Translations under genes and position numbers: made by a program | Notes under the pieces: model-generated | Told to the model about the DNA's origin: nothing | The model's input: the letters and a program-made list of their open reading frames with translations, nothing else | Database searches by the model: none | NCBI GenBank assembly: GCA_046597605.1 | Contig: JBKJKE010000237.1 | Location: forward strand, 22,490 to 86,489 | DNA from: Limisphaerales bacterium | GTDB lineage: Bacteria; Verrucomicrobiota; Verrucomicrobiia; Limisphaerales; JACDHS01 | DNA: 64,000 nucleotides | Direction of reading: 5' to 3' | Shown: positions 38,581-49,515 of the stretch, piece after piece | Position numbering within the stretch: the first letter of the stretch is position 1 | Layout of the letters: each line of letters begins with the position of its first letter

Positions 38581-39693
38581 TCATTTCATTGCCAGGCTGG
38601 GTGCGGGAGCATCTTTGACACAACGAAATCCAGTGTGCGACAGCCCCGTGTCGGGAGTCGTTTTCATGCGGGCGCTTGGACGATATCCGATGCAATAAGA
38701 CTCGTTGCAGAGGTAAGATCCACCGCGGGTCACTCTTTTCATCACGCCCGGTTCATTCGGATCATAGCTGGTGTTCGGTCCTTTCGGATTGTTGGAAGGA
38801 CTCTTTTCATAATAATCGGGCAAATACCAATCGGAGCACCATTCCCAAACATTGCCCGCCATATCAGACAAACCGTATCCATTGGCGGAAAACGCTCCTG
38901 CCGCGCTGGTAAGACGTGAACCGTCTTTGAGATTATTCTCCACGGGAAACTCACCCTGCCAGATGTTCGCCTGCCATTTCCCTCCCGGGACTTGTTCTTC
39001 TCCCCATGTATAGTTTTTCTGATCGAGCCCACCCCGCGCGGCGCATTCCCATTCAGCTTCCGTGGGCAACCGTTTTCCGGCCCAGTTGCAGTAAGCCACT
39101 GCATCATCAAAACAGATGTGAACCACGGGATGCTTCTCGCGTCCCTTAAAATCGGACTCCGGGCCTTCGGGATGCCGCCAGCTTGCACCTGGAACGTAAC
39201 GCCACCATTGCATGTGGTCGTCGAGAGAAACGGGTGTAGAAGGAGGCGTAAACACAACGGACCCAGGGACCAGGAGCTCGGGATCAGCACCGGGAAAATC
39301 TTCTGGATTCGGCGTCCGCTCAGCCATGGTGACATACCTGGTTGCCTGCACGAACTTCTCAAATTGTTCGTTGGTCACCTCAGTTTTATCCATCCAGTAG
39401 CCGGATAAACTGACTTTATGAACCGGCTTTTCATCAGCCTGACCAGAATTGGACCCCATCCAGAAATCCCCGCCGGAAATCCAGACCATATCATTGGTCC
39501 AGGTGCCGGAGGCGTTACTCGAAGGTGAAGAATTGGTCGACTCGTTTGTACTTTTCAAACTTTGCAACCCGGCGCTCCTCTGCGCCACGCGCTTCACCTC
39601 TTTGGAAACCCAAATTACAGCCAGTGCAATTCCGAGGATTACTCCAAGGATCGCGAACATGGGCCACATCCGTTTTGATTGATTGCTGCTCAT
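38581..39693 (-). CDS. formylglycine-generating enzyme (SUMF1/FGE family)
   Basis: HPVVHICFDDAVAYCNWAGKRLPTEAEWECAARGG, GNVWEWCSDWY and RVTRGGSYLC. A 4-nt overlap with the upstream sulfatase gene. Confidence 0.9.
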   Translation of the reverse strand: MSSNQSKRMWPMFAILGVILGIALAVIWVSKEVKRVAQRSAGLQSLKSTNESTNSSPSSNASGTWTNDMVWISGGDFWMGSNSGQADEKPVHKVSLSGYWMDKTEVTNEQFEKFVQATRYVTMAERTPNPEDFPGADPELLVPGSVVFTPPSTPVSLDDHMQWWRYVPGASWRHPEGPESDFKGREKHPVVHICFDDAVAYCNWAGKRLPTEAEWECAARGGLDQKNYTWGEEQVPGGKWQANIWQGEFPVENNLKDGSRLTSAAGAFSANGYGLSDMAGNVWEWCSDWYLPDYYEKSPSNNPKGPNTSYDPNEPGVMKRVTRGGSYLCNESYCIGYRPSARMKTTPDTGLSHTGFRCVKDAPAPSLAMK

Positions 39694-41129
39694 TTCTTTT
39701 TCAAACCTTCCGTCTTACGCACTTCGTACTCAGCGAGTCGATCTGCCACCAAACCTCGCTCGATTAATTCTCTCTCAGGAATTGCGCCTAAATCTTTAGT
39801 CTCTGCAACCCATTTGTCCAATGCCGTCCGTAATTCCGCCATTTTTTTTGCGTGCTTCGGATTGTTCGCCAGGTTCTTGATTTCGTGCGGATCCGCCTCG
39901 CAATCGTAAAGCTCTTCAGTTGGTTTTGCAGGAGCGAAGAATAATTTCTGGATGGCGTTCAGTTTTCCATCTTCATTCCATTTCCTCCATACCTGCATCG
40001 TTGGCATCTCCTCACCATACGCAACTCGCTGGGCATAGGGCAATTTGGGTTCGAAGTTACGTATGTATTTAAACCTTTCATCACGCACTGCTCGAATCCG
40101 GTCGCAGGTTTCATCCATCCGATCACGCGCTGCAAAAATGTAGTCGCGCTTCTGCGCTTGAGGACCCAGAAAAGGAATACCCTGGAAAGTTGGCTTCGCT
40201 GCTTTCTTCTCCTTGTCGAAAGGCAAAATGTCACTTGTGATTTCAACTCCTGCCACACTCAACATCGTGGGAGCCAAATCGACAAAGCTCACCAGATCGT
40301 TGCGAACCTCGCCACGTTTGATTTGTCCCGGCCACCGCACCATCAGCGGAACATGAATGCCGCTGTCGTAAACCCAGCGTTTGCTGCGCGGCAGCCCACG
40401 GCCGTGATCACCAAAGAAAATGACGATGGTGTTCGTGGCGATGTTCCATTTATCCAACGCAGCCAAAACCTCCCCTACTTTGTAATCCACGGCCGTGACC
40501 AATTCGTAATAGTTGGCCAGGTCACGACGGACTTCTGGTGCATCTGGATGATATGGAGGTATTTTCATCTTTGCCGGATTCTGTCGTTCCGAAGGTTTTA
40601 GTTTCTCGGTAAGCTTCGCAAATTCCTCTTTGGGGGCGCGAATCTTACTCTCATGCGAAACCGCGACGTTAAAATAGCCAAAGAATGGTTCCTGCGGCTT
40701 GGACTGTGTCCAATCTTCACGCACGTCGAACGCATTTTTAGGCACTTCAAAGTTGAAATCTGTTTTTCCAAAATTGTTCTTCGGCCAGCAGATGGTGTAT
40801 CCCGCCTTTTTCAGGTATTCGGTGAACATCGGCGGCGGCTCGAGTAGTTGCGACCGCATATGATGAGCGCCGGCGCTGGTGGGATATTGTCCTGTGATCA
40901 AGCCAAACCGACTCGGGGCGCAGACCGGTGCGTGCGTGAAACAATGGGTATAACGCGCTCCTTCCCTCGCGAGGCGATCCATGTTGGGGGTAATCGCGTT
41001 CTGGTCCCCGTAACAGCGGAGTTCCGGCCCCATGTCTTCGCCAATAATCCAAACAATATTGGGACGGCCAGCTGCGTTGAGACAAAACGTGGCGCAAAAG
41101 GCTAAAAACGCGAAAAGACGAAGACACAT
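39690..41129 (-). CDS. sulfatase (formylglycine-dependent)
   Basis: 479 aa. Signal peptide and the CAPSRFGLITGQYP sulfatase signature. Confidence 0.9.
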   Translation of the reverse strand: MCLRLFAFLAFCATFCLNAAGRPNIVWIIGEDMGPELRCYGDQNAITPNMDRLAREGARYTHCFTHAPVCAPSRFGLITGQYPTSAGAHHMRSQLLEPPPMFTEYLKKAGYTICWPKNNFGKTDFNFEVPKNAFDVREDWTQSKPQEPFFGYFNVAVSHESKIRAPKEEFAKLTEKLKPSERQNPAKMKIPPYHPDAPEVRRDLANYYELVTAVDYKVGEVLAALDKWNIATNTIVIFFGDHGRGLPRSKRWVYDSGIHVPLMVRWPGQIKRGEVRNDLVSFVDLAPTMLSVAGVEITSDILPFDKEKKAAKPTFQGIPFLGPQAQKRDYIFAARDRMDETCDRIRAVRDERFKYIRNFEPKLPYAQRVAYGEEMPTMQVWRKWNEDGKLNAIQKLFFAPAKPTEELYDCEADPHEIKNLANNPKHAKKMAELRTALDKWVAETKDLGAIPERELIERGLVADRLAEYEVRKTEGLKKK

Positions 41130-41199
41130 TGCGGTAAAAGACGGGTTTTCACCCGGAAGAGTAACAGATATTTAGCTTCTGGCTGCAGAAGCAGGCTAA

Positions 41200-41454
41200 T
41201 CAGCCTGGAACGTGAGCAAGATTTGCCGGGCGTTGCCCTTTTGTGGCTGAAACAAACCCTAATGTGAGGGCATTTGCCTCACCACCGGTCATGGCGTAAA
41301 TAAGGATCTTCTCCAAAGTAAGGTTCTGGTGCGGCTTGGAACAAATGCTGACCATCTCTTCGAGGGTCTTGAACGGGACTGTTTCTTCCTCAAAATCGGG
41401 AGTATCCGTTCGCAAAAACACCGCCTGGCCAATGGCATATGCTGAATTTTCCAT
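41200..41454 (-). CDS. hypothetical protein
   Basis: 84 aa. No family recognised. Weak call. Confidence 0.3.
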   Translation of the reverse strand: MENSAYAIGQAVFLRTDTPDFEEETVPFKTLEEMVSICSKPHQNLTLEKILIYAMTGGEANALTLGFVSATKGQRPANLAHVPG

Positions 41455-41701
41455 GCAAAGCGGTCGAACCGGCTTAAAGCCGCCTCTTCCTTAAGTTGAT
41501 ACCTGCACTTTTAATGCCAAGTCCGTCAAACCCAACGGCAGGAATTAAACCCACTTCAGAATGAATGGATATCGCAATACGCGCTTTAGAGGGGTCGATT
41601 TGGGACGATATCGGGATAAACTCCGGGAAGTGTTCCCTTGGATACAGGGGGAACCGATAAACTGTGGCTAAGCCATACGGGTTCTGCTAATTAAGCCACT
41701 C

Positions 41702-43297
41702 ATGAAACGTCTTCTGCAGGCTTTCGTCCTCGCGGTTTCCTCAATCGCTGCCCTCCAGGCCGAAACCTATGATTTTATTATTCGTGACGGTCGTGTGGTC
41801 GATGGCACGGGGAACCCTGCTTATTTCGCGGATATTGCAGTGAAAGAAGGGAAAGTCGTGTCCATCGGGAAGGTCAAAGGGTTGGCCGCGAAAGAATATA
41901 GCGCCAAGGGTCTTGTGATAGCACCAGGCTTCATCGACGTCCACACCCATGCTGAGGGAGTTGATGATTTGCCACTGGGAGAGAACTTCGTGCGAATGGG
42001 GGTCACAACACTGGTTCTCGGTAATTGCGGTGGATCAACCGAGAACGTCGCCGATTTCTTCAAGAAAGTGGAAGAAGTCAAAATTACGCCGAACATCTGC
42101 ACCCTGGTCGGTCATGGAACAGTTCGCCAGAAAGTGATGGGCGGCTCGTTCATGCGCCCACCGACCAATGAGGAACTGGAGAAAATGAAGGCTCTTATCG
42201 ACAAGGCGATGAAAGAAGGCGCAGTGGGAATGTCGACGGGTCTTATTTATTTGCCCGGCGTTTTTGCAAAGACCGAAGAACTTATTGAACTTGCGAAGGT
42301 TGTTTCTGCTTATGACGGGATTTATGCAACTCATCAACGGAGTGAAAGCGATGGCATTTTTGATTCGCTTGATGAAATCTTTCGCATCGCCCGGGAAGCC
42401 CATGTGCGGGCAGAAATTTCTCACCTGAAACTCTCAGGAAAGTCGAGCTGGGGCCAAACCGATAAAGTGCTCGGTGCCATTGAGAAAGCGCGCGCTGAAG
42501 GTCTGGATGTTACCCAGGATCAATACTCTTACACAGCTTCAAGCACCGGAATCAGTCAGGTTATTCCAGACGCGGCCAAGGATGGTGGCCGCGAAGCATT
42601 CATCAAGCTGCTCAATGATCCGAAGAAGAAAGCGGCTATAGTCAAGGAGATGAAGGCGACTTTGAAGAAACGGGGTAATAAAGATTACTCCTATGCTGTG
42701 ATCGCTTCCTATCGGCCCAACCGGGGGCTTAACGGGTTGAACATTGCTGAGGCCGCCAAAAAAGTCCGCGGATCGAAATCTTTAAACAACCAGATCGAAT
42801 TGATCTTTGAACTGGAACGGAACGGTGGCGCCTCCGGAGTTTTTCATGGAATGAGCGAGGACGATGTGGCGAAGTTTATGCGACATCCCAATACGATGAT
42901 CGCCTCGGATAGCGGTGTTCGTAAATTTGGATCGGAAGTGCCGCATCCGCGTGGTTACGGAAACAACGCGCGTGTCCTTGGCCGGTATGTTCGGGAAAAG
43001 AAAGTCCTTCGCCTTGAAGATGCTATCCGCAAAATGACCTCTCTCCCGGCCAATACCTTTCGCTTGAAAGAGCGGGGTGAACTCCGTGAAGGGAATTGGG
43101 CTGACATCGTTATCTTCGATCCTGCTACGGTCACCGACCATGCGACTTACGATGATCCCCATCACTACTCCACGGGATTCAAGTATGTGTTCGTGAATGG
43201 CGTCCTGGTAATCGAAGATGACAAGCATCTTGGAGAAAAACCGGGCAAAACTCTTCGTCACAACAATGCTTCTGCAGTGGCTCAAATTACGCCTTAA
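41702..43297 (+). CDS. N-acyl-D-amino-acid deacylase (D-aminoacylase) family amidohydrolase
   Basis: 531 aa. Signal peptide, then DGTGNPAYFADIAVKEGKVVSIG...VIAPGFIDVHTHAE, which is the typical amidohydrolase metal motif. Confidence 0.85.
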   Translation: MKRLLQAFVLAVSSIAALQAETYDFIIRDGRVVDGTGNPAYFADIAVKEGKVVSIGKVKGLAAKEYSAKGLVIAPGFIDVHTHAEGVDDLPLGENFVRMGVTTLVLGNCGGSTENVADFFKKVEEVKITPNICTLVGHGTVRQKVMGGSFMRPPTNEELEKMKALIDKAMKEGAVGMSTGLIYLPGVFAKTEELIELAKVVSAYDGIYATHQRSESDGIFDSLDEIFRIAREAHVRAEISHLKLSGKSSWGQTDKVLGAIEKARAEGLDVTQDQYSYTASSTGISQVIPDAAKDGGREAFIKLLNDPKKKAAIVKEMKATLKKRGNKDYSYAVIASYRPNRGLNGLNIAEAAKKVRGSKSLNNQIELIFELERNGGASGVFHGMSEDDVAKFMRHPNTMIASDSGVRKFGSEVPHPRGYGNNARVLGRYVREKKVLRLEDAIRKMTSLPANTFRLKERGELREGNWADIVIFDPATVTDHATYDDPHHYSTGFKYVFVNGVLVIEDDKHLGEKPGKTLRHNNASAVAQITP

Positions 43298-43300
43298 ACT

Positions 43301-43804
43301 CTAAGCGGACGATCGAATCGTCTTCACAACCTTGACCTGGCTGGAAACAGACATGTCGGTCATGGAAGTCGTCTTTCGAACCACGCCCGTGATTGTTTCC
43401 ACAATGATATGAGGCTCGCTGGGGTACCAGATAGTTGCAATTTTCATGTTACGGACAAACCGGAGGACTGCCGGGTCGGTTTGCGCATCTATAAAAAACA
43501 ATAATCGCCGGGTCAGATACGGGCGCACCCGCTCCACGCCCCGGTAGAACATTTCGGCAGGAAATTCAGGAGACAACTGACAGAGAACGACTTCGAACTC
43601 CGATTGGATGATCCGTTTGAGGGCGTCTACCGAAGTTCTAACACGCTCCATCGTATACAAGCTTCTTTCCAGCTCTGCATGCATTTGCTCGGCAAATACT
43701 CCCTCTGCCACAAACAAAATGCGCTCAAAAATCCAAGGGCGTTGATGACCAGAAAGCCAGTCTGTCTCCGTGTTGATTTGATGCGTAGTTCCTCCAAATT
43801 CCAT
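43301..43804 (-). CDS. hypothetical protein
   Basis: 167 aa. Possibly a degenerate receiver-like fold (ILFVAEG...FEVVLCQL), but the phospho-acceptor context is not convincing. Confidence 0.4.
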   Translation of the reverse strand: MEFGGTTHQINTETDWLSGHQRPWIFERILFVAEGVFAEQMHAELERSLYTMERVRTSVDALKRIIQSEFEVVLCQLSPEFPAEMFYRGVERVRPYLTRRLLFFIDAQTDPAVLRFVRNMKIATIWYPSEPHIIVETITGVVRKTTSMTDMSVSSQVKVVKTIRSSA

Positions 43805-43971
43805 AACGTTCCCAGGTTCAAAATCTTAGCAGAAAACAGCCCGGTGTATTCGGAACCTTGTATGAACACCGAGTCCGCCACTGGCGATGAACGTCCTCGG
43901 GACATGTGAAAATCGAAGCTCCGAAGAAGGCGTGGCATGGATTGGGCTTTTCCGCTAGACTCGACAGACAG

Positions 43972-46020
43972 ATGAAGCTTTTTCGATCGATTCTTGCACT
44001 CGCTCTTGCCGCGTACCCCTTGGTTGCCAGCAGTCAAACCGTACTCGATGAGCGCGTCAATGTGCAGACTGTTAATTCAGTTCGGTCCTTTCCCGAGATG
44101 CGAACGAAAGGAGATTGGGAAACCCGTGCGGAATCCATTCGCAACCAGGTCCTGGTCAGTTGCGGCTTGTGGCCGATGCCAGAAAAGACCGCCTTGAACG
44201 CCAAAATTTTCGGAAAGGTCATTCGTGACGGCTATTCCGTTGAGAAAGTTTACTTTGAAAGTTATCCAGGTTTTTTCGTGGCCGGCAATGTCTACCGTCC
44301 AATCGGAAAAGGAGCGGGACCTTTCCCAGCAATCTTGAATCCACACGGTCACTGGGACAACGGTCGGATGGCGAATGAAAAGGAGGGCAGTATCGCGGCT
44401 CGCTGCATTCATTTTGCACGGGAAGGAATGATTGCTCTTACCTACGACATGGCGGGCTACAACGATACGTTCTTTCTGGACCATGCGGTTACGGATGAGA
44501 AGAACCCTAAGTTCTACGAACGCCACAGGCGGTTTGGGACAAATGCCACGAACCTGCTCTGGAACATCAACCTGATGGGTTTACAGACATGGAACAGCAT
44601 TCGCGCCCTGGATTTCCTGGAGTCGTTGCCGGACGTCGATAAAACACGATTGGCTTGCACAGGGGAATCCGGCGGAGGCACCCAGACTTTTATGTTGGCT
44701 GCGATCGACCCGCGCCTGACCGCAGTCGCTCCAGTGGTGATGGTGAGTCACACCATGCAGGGTGGATGTTCCTGCGAGAATGCTCCCGGGCTCAGGATCA
44801 ATCATTCAAATATGGAAATTGCCGCCTGCGCAGCTCCAAAGCCGCAGATCCTCGTGGGCGCCAGTGGCGATTGGACTCGTGACACTGCAAAAATGGAAGG
44901 ACCGGCAATACAGAACATCTATAAGCTTTTCGGCGAACAGGATAAATTTCGATTCACCGTGTTTGATTTTCGCCACAACTACAACCAGACCAGTCGCGAA
45001 GCAGTTTACGATTTCTTTAATGGGGTCCTCAAGCCAGTTGCACCCGCGGGCAAGGAAACGGCATACACGAAAGAACCCGATCAGGATCTGCGCGTCTTTC
45101 CCGGCGGAAAACTTCCGGCAGGAGCCAAAAGTGAATCCGCCCTGATTTCATATGTTATCGCACAAACAAAAACCGAACTGGCGCAGATGCGTCCATCGAA
45201 TCGAAAGGCACTGAGCACCTACAAGCAAGCCATGCTTCCAGCCTGGAAACAAACCCTCCAGGTATCATTGAACGATCCCGTGATTGAACAATCGATTTAT
45301 CTAAAGAGCGCTCCCACCTATACACAGGAGAAATTGATGCTGGGGCGCAAAGGAAAAGGCGATCGCATCCCTGCCCTTTTATTCACCCCGACAGAAAAGC
45401 CGCAGCGCCGAGCTGTTATCCTCGTTCACCCCGGCGGAATGGCCGCTTTCCTGGGTAAAGATTCTGTCCCAAAAGGCATCGCTCAAATGCTTCTCGATAA
45501 GAATATTCCAGTGCTGATGCTCGACACGTTCTTAACCGGCGAAATGGAGAATCATGAAATTTCCAATGCCCGGGTGCAGGCCGAACTGTTCTTCACCACT
45601 TATAACGTCACGGATACCCAGGCTCGTGTTCAGGATTTAATCACTGCGGCCACATTCTTGAAAAAGAAACGGCATGGTGGCGATATTCTCGCATGCGGCT
45701 TTGGGCGAGCCGGCTTGTGGACATTACTTGCGGCCCCTGCCATGGACGGCATTATTTCCGATTTCGCACAGGTTGATCTCTCATCCGATCAGGAACTTCT
45801 TGCCCCAGATCTTTTTGTTCCAGGACTAAGGAAGCTGGGAGGCTTCGAGACGTGTACACTGCTTGCGGCACCGAACCCTTTATACGTGTACAATGCCAGA
45901 TCCCACTTCTCCGCAGAAACACTGAATCTACTCTATTCGGGAAACCGTAACCCGGTCCATGTCAGCTCCGGCGAATCTTCCCAGGAATCGTTAGCTGCCT
46001 GGATCGACGGATTGAAATAA
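43972..46020 (+). CDS. secreted alpha/beta-hydrolase (acetyl-xylan-esterase-like) two-domain protein
   Basis: Signal peptide MKLFRSILALALAAYPLVASS and the nucleophile elbow CTGESGGGTQT. I moved the start to the ATG at 43972. Confidence 0.65.
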   Translation: MKLFRSILALALAAYPLVASSQTVLDERVNVQTVNSVRSFPEMRTKGDWETRAESIRNQVLVSCGLWPMPEKTALNAKIFGKVIRDGYSVEKVYFESYPGFFVAGNVYRPIGKGAGPFPAILNPHGHWDNGRMANEKEGSIAARCIHFAREGMIALTYDMAGYNDTFFLDHAVTDEKNPKFYERHRRFGTNATNLLWNINLMGLQTWNSIRALDFLESLPDVDKTRLACTGESGGGTQTFMLAAIDPRLTAVAPVVMVSHTMQGGCSCENAPGLRINHSNMEIAACAAPKPQILVGASGDWTRDTAKMEGPAIQNIYKLFGEQDKFRFTVFDFRHNYNQTSREAVYDFFNGVLKPVAPAGKETAYTKEPDQDLRVFPGGKLPAGAKSESALISYVIAQTKTELAQMRPSNRKALSTYKQAMLPAWKQTLQVSLNDPVIEQSIYLKSAPTYTQEKLMLGRKGKGDRIPALLFTPTEKPQRRAVILVHPGGMAAFLGKDSVPKGIAQMLLDKNIPVLMLDTFLTGEMENHEISNARVQAELFFTTYNVTDTQARVQDLITAATFLKKKRHGGDILACGFGRAGLWTLLAAPAMDGIISDFAQVDLSSDQELLAPDLFVPGLRKLGGFETCTLLAAPNPLYVYNARSHFSAETLNLLYSGNRNPVHVSSGESSQESLAAWIDGLK

Positions 46021-46071
46021 GAGCGACCCGCACTCTTTTGACAATTCGTGCGGACTCTATATTTTTCGGCC

Positions 46072-46563
46072 ATGGAAAACCTGCACGCACCGTGGCGCAT
46101 CGAATACATTCTCTCGCCCAAAGAGCCGGTGAATGGAACTTCGATTTTCACACAAATTGCCCAGTCGAGTGACGACATCGAAAACCTTGTCATCGCGCGC
46201 GGGAAAAGTTGCTATGCCGTGCTGAATCGCTACCCCTACACAGGCGGCCATCTCATGATCGTGCCGTACAAGCAGGTGAACGATTGGAATGAACTGAACG
46301 AAGATGAGTTGCTTGAACTCATGCTTCTCTTGCGCCGCTGTCAAAATGCGCTCGCCAAGGTCATGAGGCCAGATGGATTCAACATTGGGGTTAACCTGGG
46401 AAAATGTGCCGGCGCGGGCATTTTAGAACACCTTCACATGCATATTGTTCCCCGTTGGAACGGCGACACAAATTTCATGCCAGTCCTGAGCAAAACCACG
46501 GTCGTGCCAGAAGCCTTAAAAGAGGTGGCAGCCAAATTACGCGGGGCTTTAGACCTCGCCTAA
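46072..46563 (+). CDS. HIT-family protein (Ap4A-phosphorylase-like)
   Basis: NRYPYTGGHLMIVP and the histidine triad HLHMHIVPRWNGDTNFMPV. Start at the ATG at 46072. Confidence 0.8.
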   Translation: MENLHAPWRIEYILSPKEPVNGTSIFTQIAQSSDDIENLVIARGKSCYAVLNRYPYTGGHLMIVPYKQVNDWNELNEDELLELMLLLRRCQNALAKVMRPDGFNIGVNLGKCAGAGILEHLHMHIVPRWNGDTNFMPVLSKTTVVPEALKEVAAKLRGALDLA

Positions 46564-46751
46564 GCATACTCTTTTTCGCCTTCAAAAGGGATTCCACGTA
46601 GTGGTCTTTCCAGATTTGGTGTCTTCGCGGATCCCGCAAGCACGTCATCTCCCGGTTTCGGCGCTTTGCAACCAGCGGAGATTTCAATCAATCCATCCGC
46701 AGGCAATTTCCATTCTCCGAGAGAAACAAAAGTGCTGGTCGAATTCTTTAA

Positions 46752-46782
46752 GAGAACAAAAAGCTGCTCGTTTTACGAGCGG
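46752..46782 (-). terminator. terminator candidate for the M28 peptidase gene
   Basis: On the minus strand: CCGCTCG-TAAAA-CGAGCAG (one mismatch), then CTTTTTGTTCTCTT. Confidence 0.45.
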
Positions 46783-46839
46783 AGGTGCTAAAATGAGACG
46801 ATGGATCGGGAAAGCATGGACATCGTTGAAATCGCTCAT

Positions 46840-48228
46840 CTAAGGCGTTGTCTTGACCGGATTTGGCGGCAATCGCTCTGGCAAATCAGCCACCACATAA
46901 GCCATCACAGTCATCGCAGCAATACAGCGGTTAAAATCATTCTTATCGATTTTGTCCATCGCATCGGCGGCAGTGTGATGATACCAAAAGTATTTCGTGG
47001 GATCGACCTTCAGGTCCATCAACGGAACACCATCATCTTCCATTTGGGAAATATCTGCGCCACCCGCGTCGTAGGTGAGCTCAACCGCGTGAACTGGTTT
47101 CAACAGCGTCATGATTTCTCGGATTGTCCCGGTCGCCTTTTCCGTTCCTTTGAAAGCGAATCCACGAGGATCGAAGACTCCCTCGTCTGACTCGATGGCG
47201 AGCACATGATTTGTAAGAGTGGCTTTATACTTTTCACGATATTCTCGAGCTCCGCGCAAACCATTCTCCTCATTCGTCCACAACACCACGCGAACCGTCC
47301 TGCGCGGACGCAGATTCAACGTGTGCATCAATCGGACCGCTTCCCATGCGGCGAGACATCCCCCTGCGTCGTCCATGGCACCCTGCCCTAAATCCCACGA
47401 ATCGATGTGGCCACTGATTACGACAACTTCTTCCGGTTTCTCGCGACCGACGATCTCGGCGATGACGTTTCGCGACCTGGAGGGCGGAAGCGTCTGTGCT
47501 TCCATCCTCAGCCGTAGCATCACCTTCTGTCCCCGATCCTGCATTCGCTGCATCATTTCAGCATCTTCGAGAGTGATGGCGGCATGGGGAATTTTTGGAA
47601 TATCGTCGGCATAGCGCATCCCACCGGTGTGGGGACTATAAATCGAAACCGGGGTAATCGAGCGCACAAGGCTCGCAACAGCCCCGGCTTTCGCAGCTTC
47701 CATGGCGCCACGACTCCGATAGAGCACCGTGCTGGAGTACTCTGTGAAGGGTGCATTAAAGACCACAATCTTTCCCTTTGCTTTCCCCGCCGCATTGATC
47801 AGTTCTGCGAAATCTTTGACGACAAAAACCTCGGCAGTAATTCCTTCGGGCGGGGTGGCGATACTTCCACCCAGACCGAGCAAGCTCAGCTTTCTATAAT
47901 GTGGGGCGAGGAGCTCCAGGGATTCATTTCCTCTTACCCAATGGGGCACCATCACATCATCGCCACGGACATTCTGCAGCCCGTCTTTCTTCATCTCAGC
48001 CAATATCCAATCAATCGAGTTTTCCAGATTGGTGGATCCACTGAGACGGGGTCCAAAAGTATCGCACAGATAACTCAGCCGTTGAAACATGGCATCCGAA
48101 TTAGTCGCAGCCTGGATCAGGCGCCCTGCCGGCTCCATATAAGCCTTATCGATAGATGGTTGGTTGGTTTGGGCGGGCGCTTTCCCCGCGAAAAGCAGAG
48201 CTACGATTGCTAAAAACAGGTTCCTCAT
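46840..48228 (-). CDS. M28-family aminopeptidase
   Basis: Signal peptide MRNLFLAIVALLFAGKAPAQ, a PA-like insert and the metal ligand region GHIDSWDLGQGAMDDAGG. Confidence 0.8.
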   Translation of the reverse strand: MRNLFLAIVALLFAGKAPAQTNQPSIDKAYMEPAGRLIQAATNSDAMFQRLSYLCDTFGPRLSGSTNLENSIDWILAEMKKDGLQNVRGDDVMVPHWVRGNESLELLAPHYRKLSLLGLGGSIATPPEGITAEVFVVKDFAELINAAGKAKGKIVVFNAPFTEYSSTVLYRSRGAMEAAKAGAVASLVRSITPVSIYSPHTGGMRYADDIPKIPHAAITLEDAEMMQRMQDRGQKVMLRLRMEAQTLPPSRSRNVIAEIVGREKPEEVVVISGHIDSWDLGQGAMDDAGGCLAAWEAVRLMHTLNLRPRRTVRVVLWTNEENGLRGAREYREKYKATLTNHVLAIESDEGVFDPRGFAFKGTEKATGTIREIMTLLKPVHAVELTYDAGGADISQMEDDGVPLMDLKVDPTKYFWYHHTAADAMDKIDKNDFNRCIAAMTVMAYVVADLPERLPPNPVKTTP

Positions 48229-48281
48229 AATTGATTTACCGGACGGCAGATGCATTTATAGTCGCACGTAAGACTCTGGAA

Positions 48282-49403
48282 ATGAAAAAACAACTTGTTC
48301 TGGGAATCATGTCAGGCACCAGCCTCGGCAGTGTTGACTACGCCCTGTGCGAAATCGCCGGTCGCAGTGTGGTGCTTAAAGAACTTTGGGAGGTGAATTA
48401 TCCCACCAAACTTCAGAAACAATTAAACGAAGCTGCCAAAGGCGCATTGAACAGTTGGGAGTTCTGCCAGGTACACCACGATCTCGGCCGCTTTTACGCA
48501 AAGCACGCGACGACCGGGAAAATCAAGCCGCAACTGGTTGGCTTGCACGGGCAAACTGTTTTTCATAATCCCGATCCTAAGACTCCGGCCACTTTTCAAC
48601 TCGGCGAATCATCGTATCTGGTCGAGGTGCTAAAAGTGCCAGTGGTAAATAATTTTCGAGTCGCTGACCTGGCGGCCGGAGGGCAAGGAGCTCCCCTCGC
48701 AACCATTTTCCACGAGTACGTTTTTGCAGAACGAGGAAAGCATATTTGCGTCAACAACCTCGGCGGCATCAGCAATGTCACTTCTCTTGACTGGAGCAAC
48801 CGGAAGCTGTCGAGACCCAAGGTGTTGGCATTCGACACCGGTCCGGCCAACATGCTGATCGACTTCGGGATGCGGCATTTCAGCGGCGGCAAGATAAGTT
48901 TCGATCGCGATGGTTCTTTTGCCTCGCAAGGAATGGTGAATCAAAAACTGGTGGCTGGATGGTTGAAGCACCCGTATTTCAGAAAAAGCCCACCGAAAAG
49001 CACCGGTCGAGAACTCTTCGGAGAACCATTCTTTTCGAAATCCATCCAGCAAATGATCGCAATGTCTGCCTTCGATGCAATCGCCACCCTGACCGAGTTC
49101 ACAGCAAGATCCCTCGCATTAAACTACAAATCTCACCTCCCCGGGAATCCTGATCGTGTAATCCTGACAGGAGGGGGCGCGAGCAACCCGGATCTGGCAC
49201 GCCGCATCGGAAATGCCCTGTCAGAGGTGGGCATTCCCACCACCCCTATGAGCAGTGAGGCATTGAAGTGGCCCGTTCAATCGATCGAACCCGCAGCCTT
49301 TGCCCTGCTGGCTTACCTGCGCTACAGCCATATCGCTGGAAACATTCCCGGCACTACCGGTGCCAATGCAGCGGTCCTTTGTGGCCAGTTGGCTGAGCGC
49401 TGA
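48282..49403 (+). CDS. anmK: anhydro-N-acetylmuramic acid kinase
   Basis: LGIMSGTSLGSVDYAL at the N-terminus and ...GGGASNPDL near the C-terminus. Start at the ATG at 48282. Confidence 0.85.
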   Translation: MKKQLVLGIMSGTSLGSVDYALCEIAGRSVVLKELWEVNYPTKLQKQLNEAAKGALNSWEFCQVHHDLGRFYAKHATTGKIKPQLVGLHGQTVFHNPDPKTPATFQLGESSYLVEVLKVPVVNNFRVADLAAGGQGAPLATIFHEYVFAERGKHICVNNLGGISNVTSLDWSNRKLSRPKVLAFDTGPANMLIDFGMRHFSGGKISFDRDGSFASQGMVNQKLVAGWLKHPYFRKSPPKSTGRELFGEPFFSKSIQQMIAMSAFDAIATLTEFTARSLALNYKSHLPGNPDRVILTGGGASNPDLARRIGNALSEVGIPTTPMSSEALKWPVQSIEPAAFALLAYLRYSHIAGNIPGTTGANAAVLCGQLAER

Positions 49404-49515
49404 TTACCGGTTTCGATTATCTAATTATTGTGAACAAGTTGGAATTGCTTCCGTTGGCCAGAACACTAGTTTTGATCATCCTGTCCGGCGCAAAGGGATT
49501 GTTTGAAAGGGCACA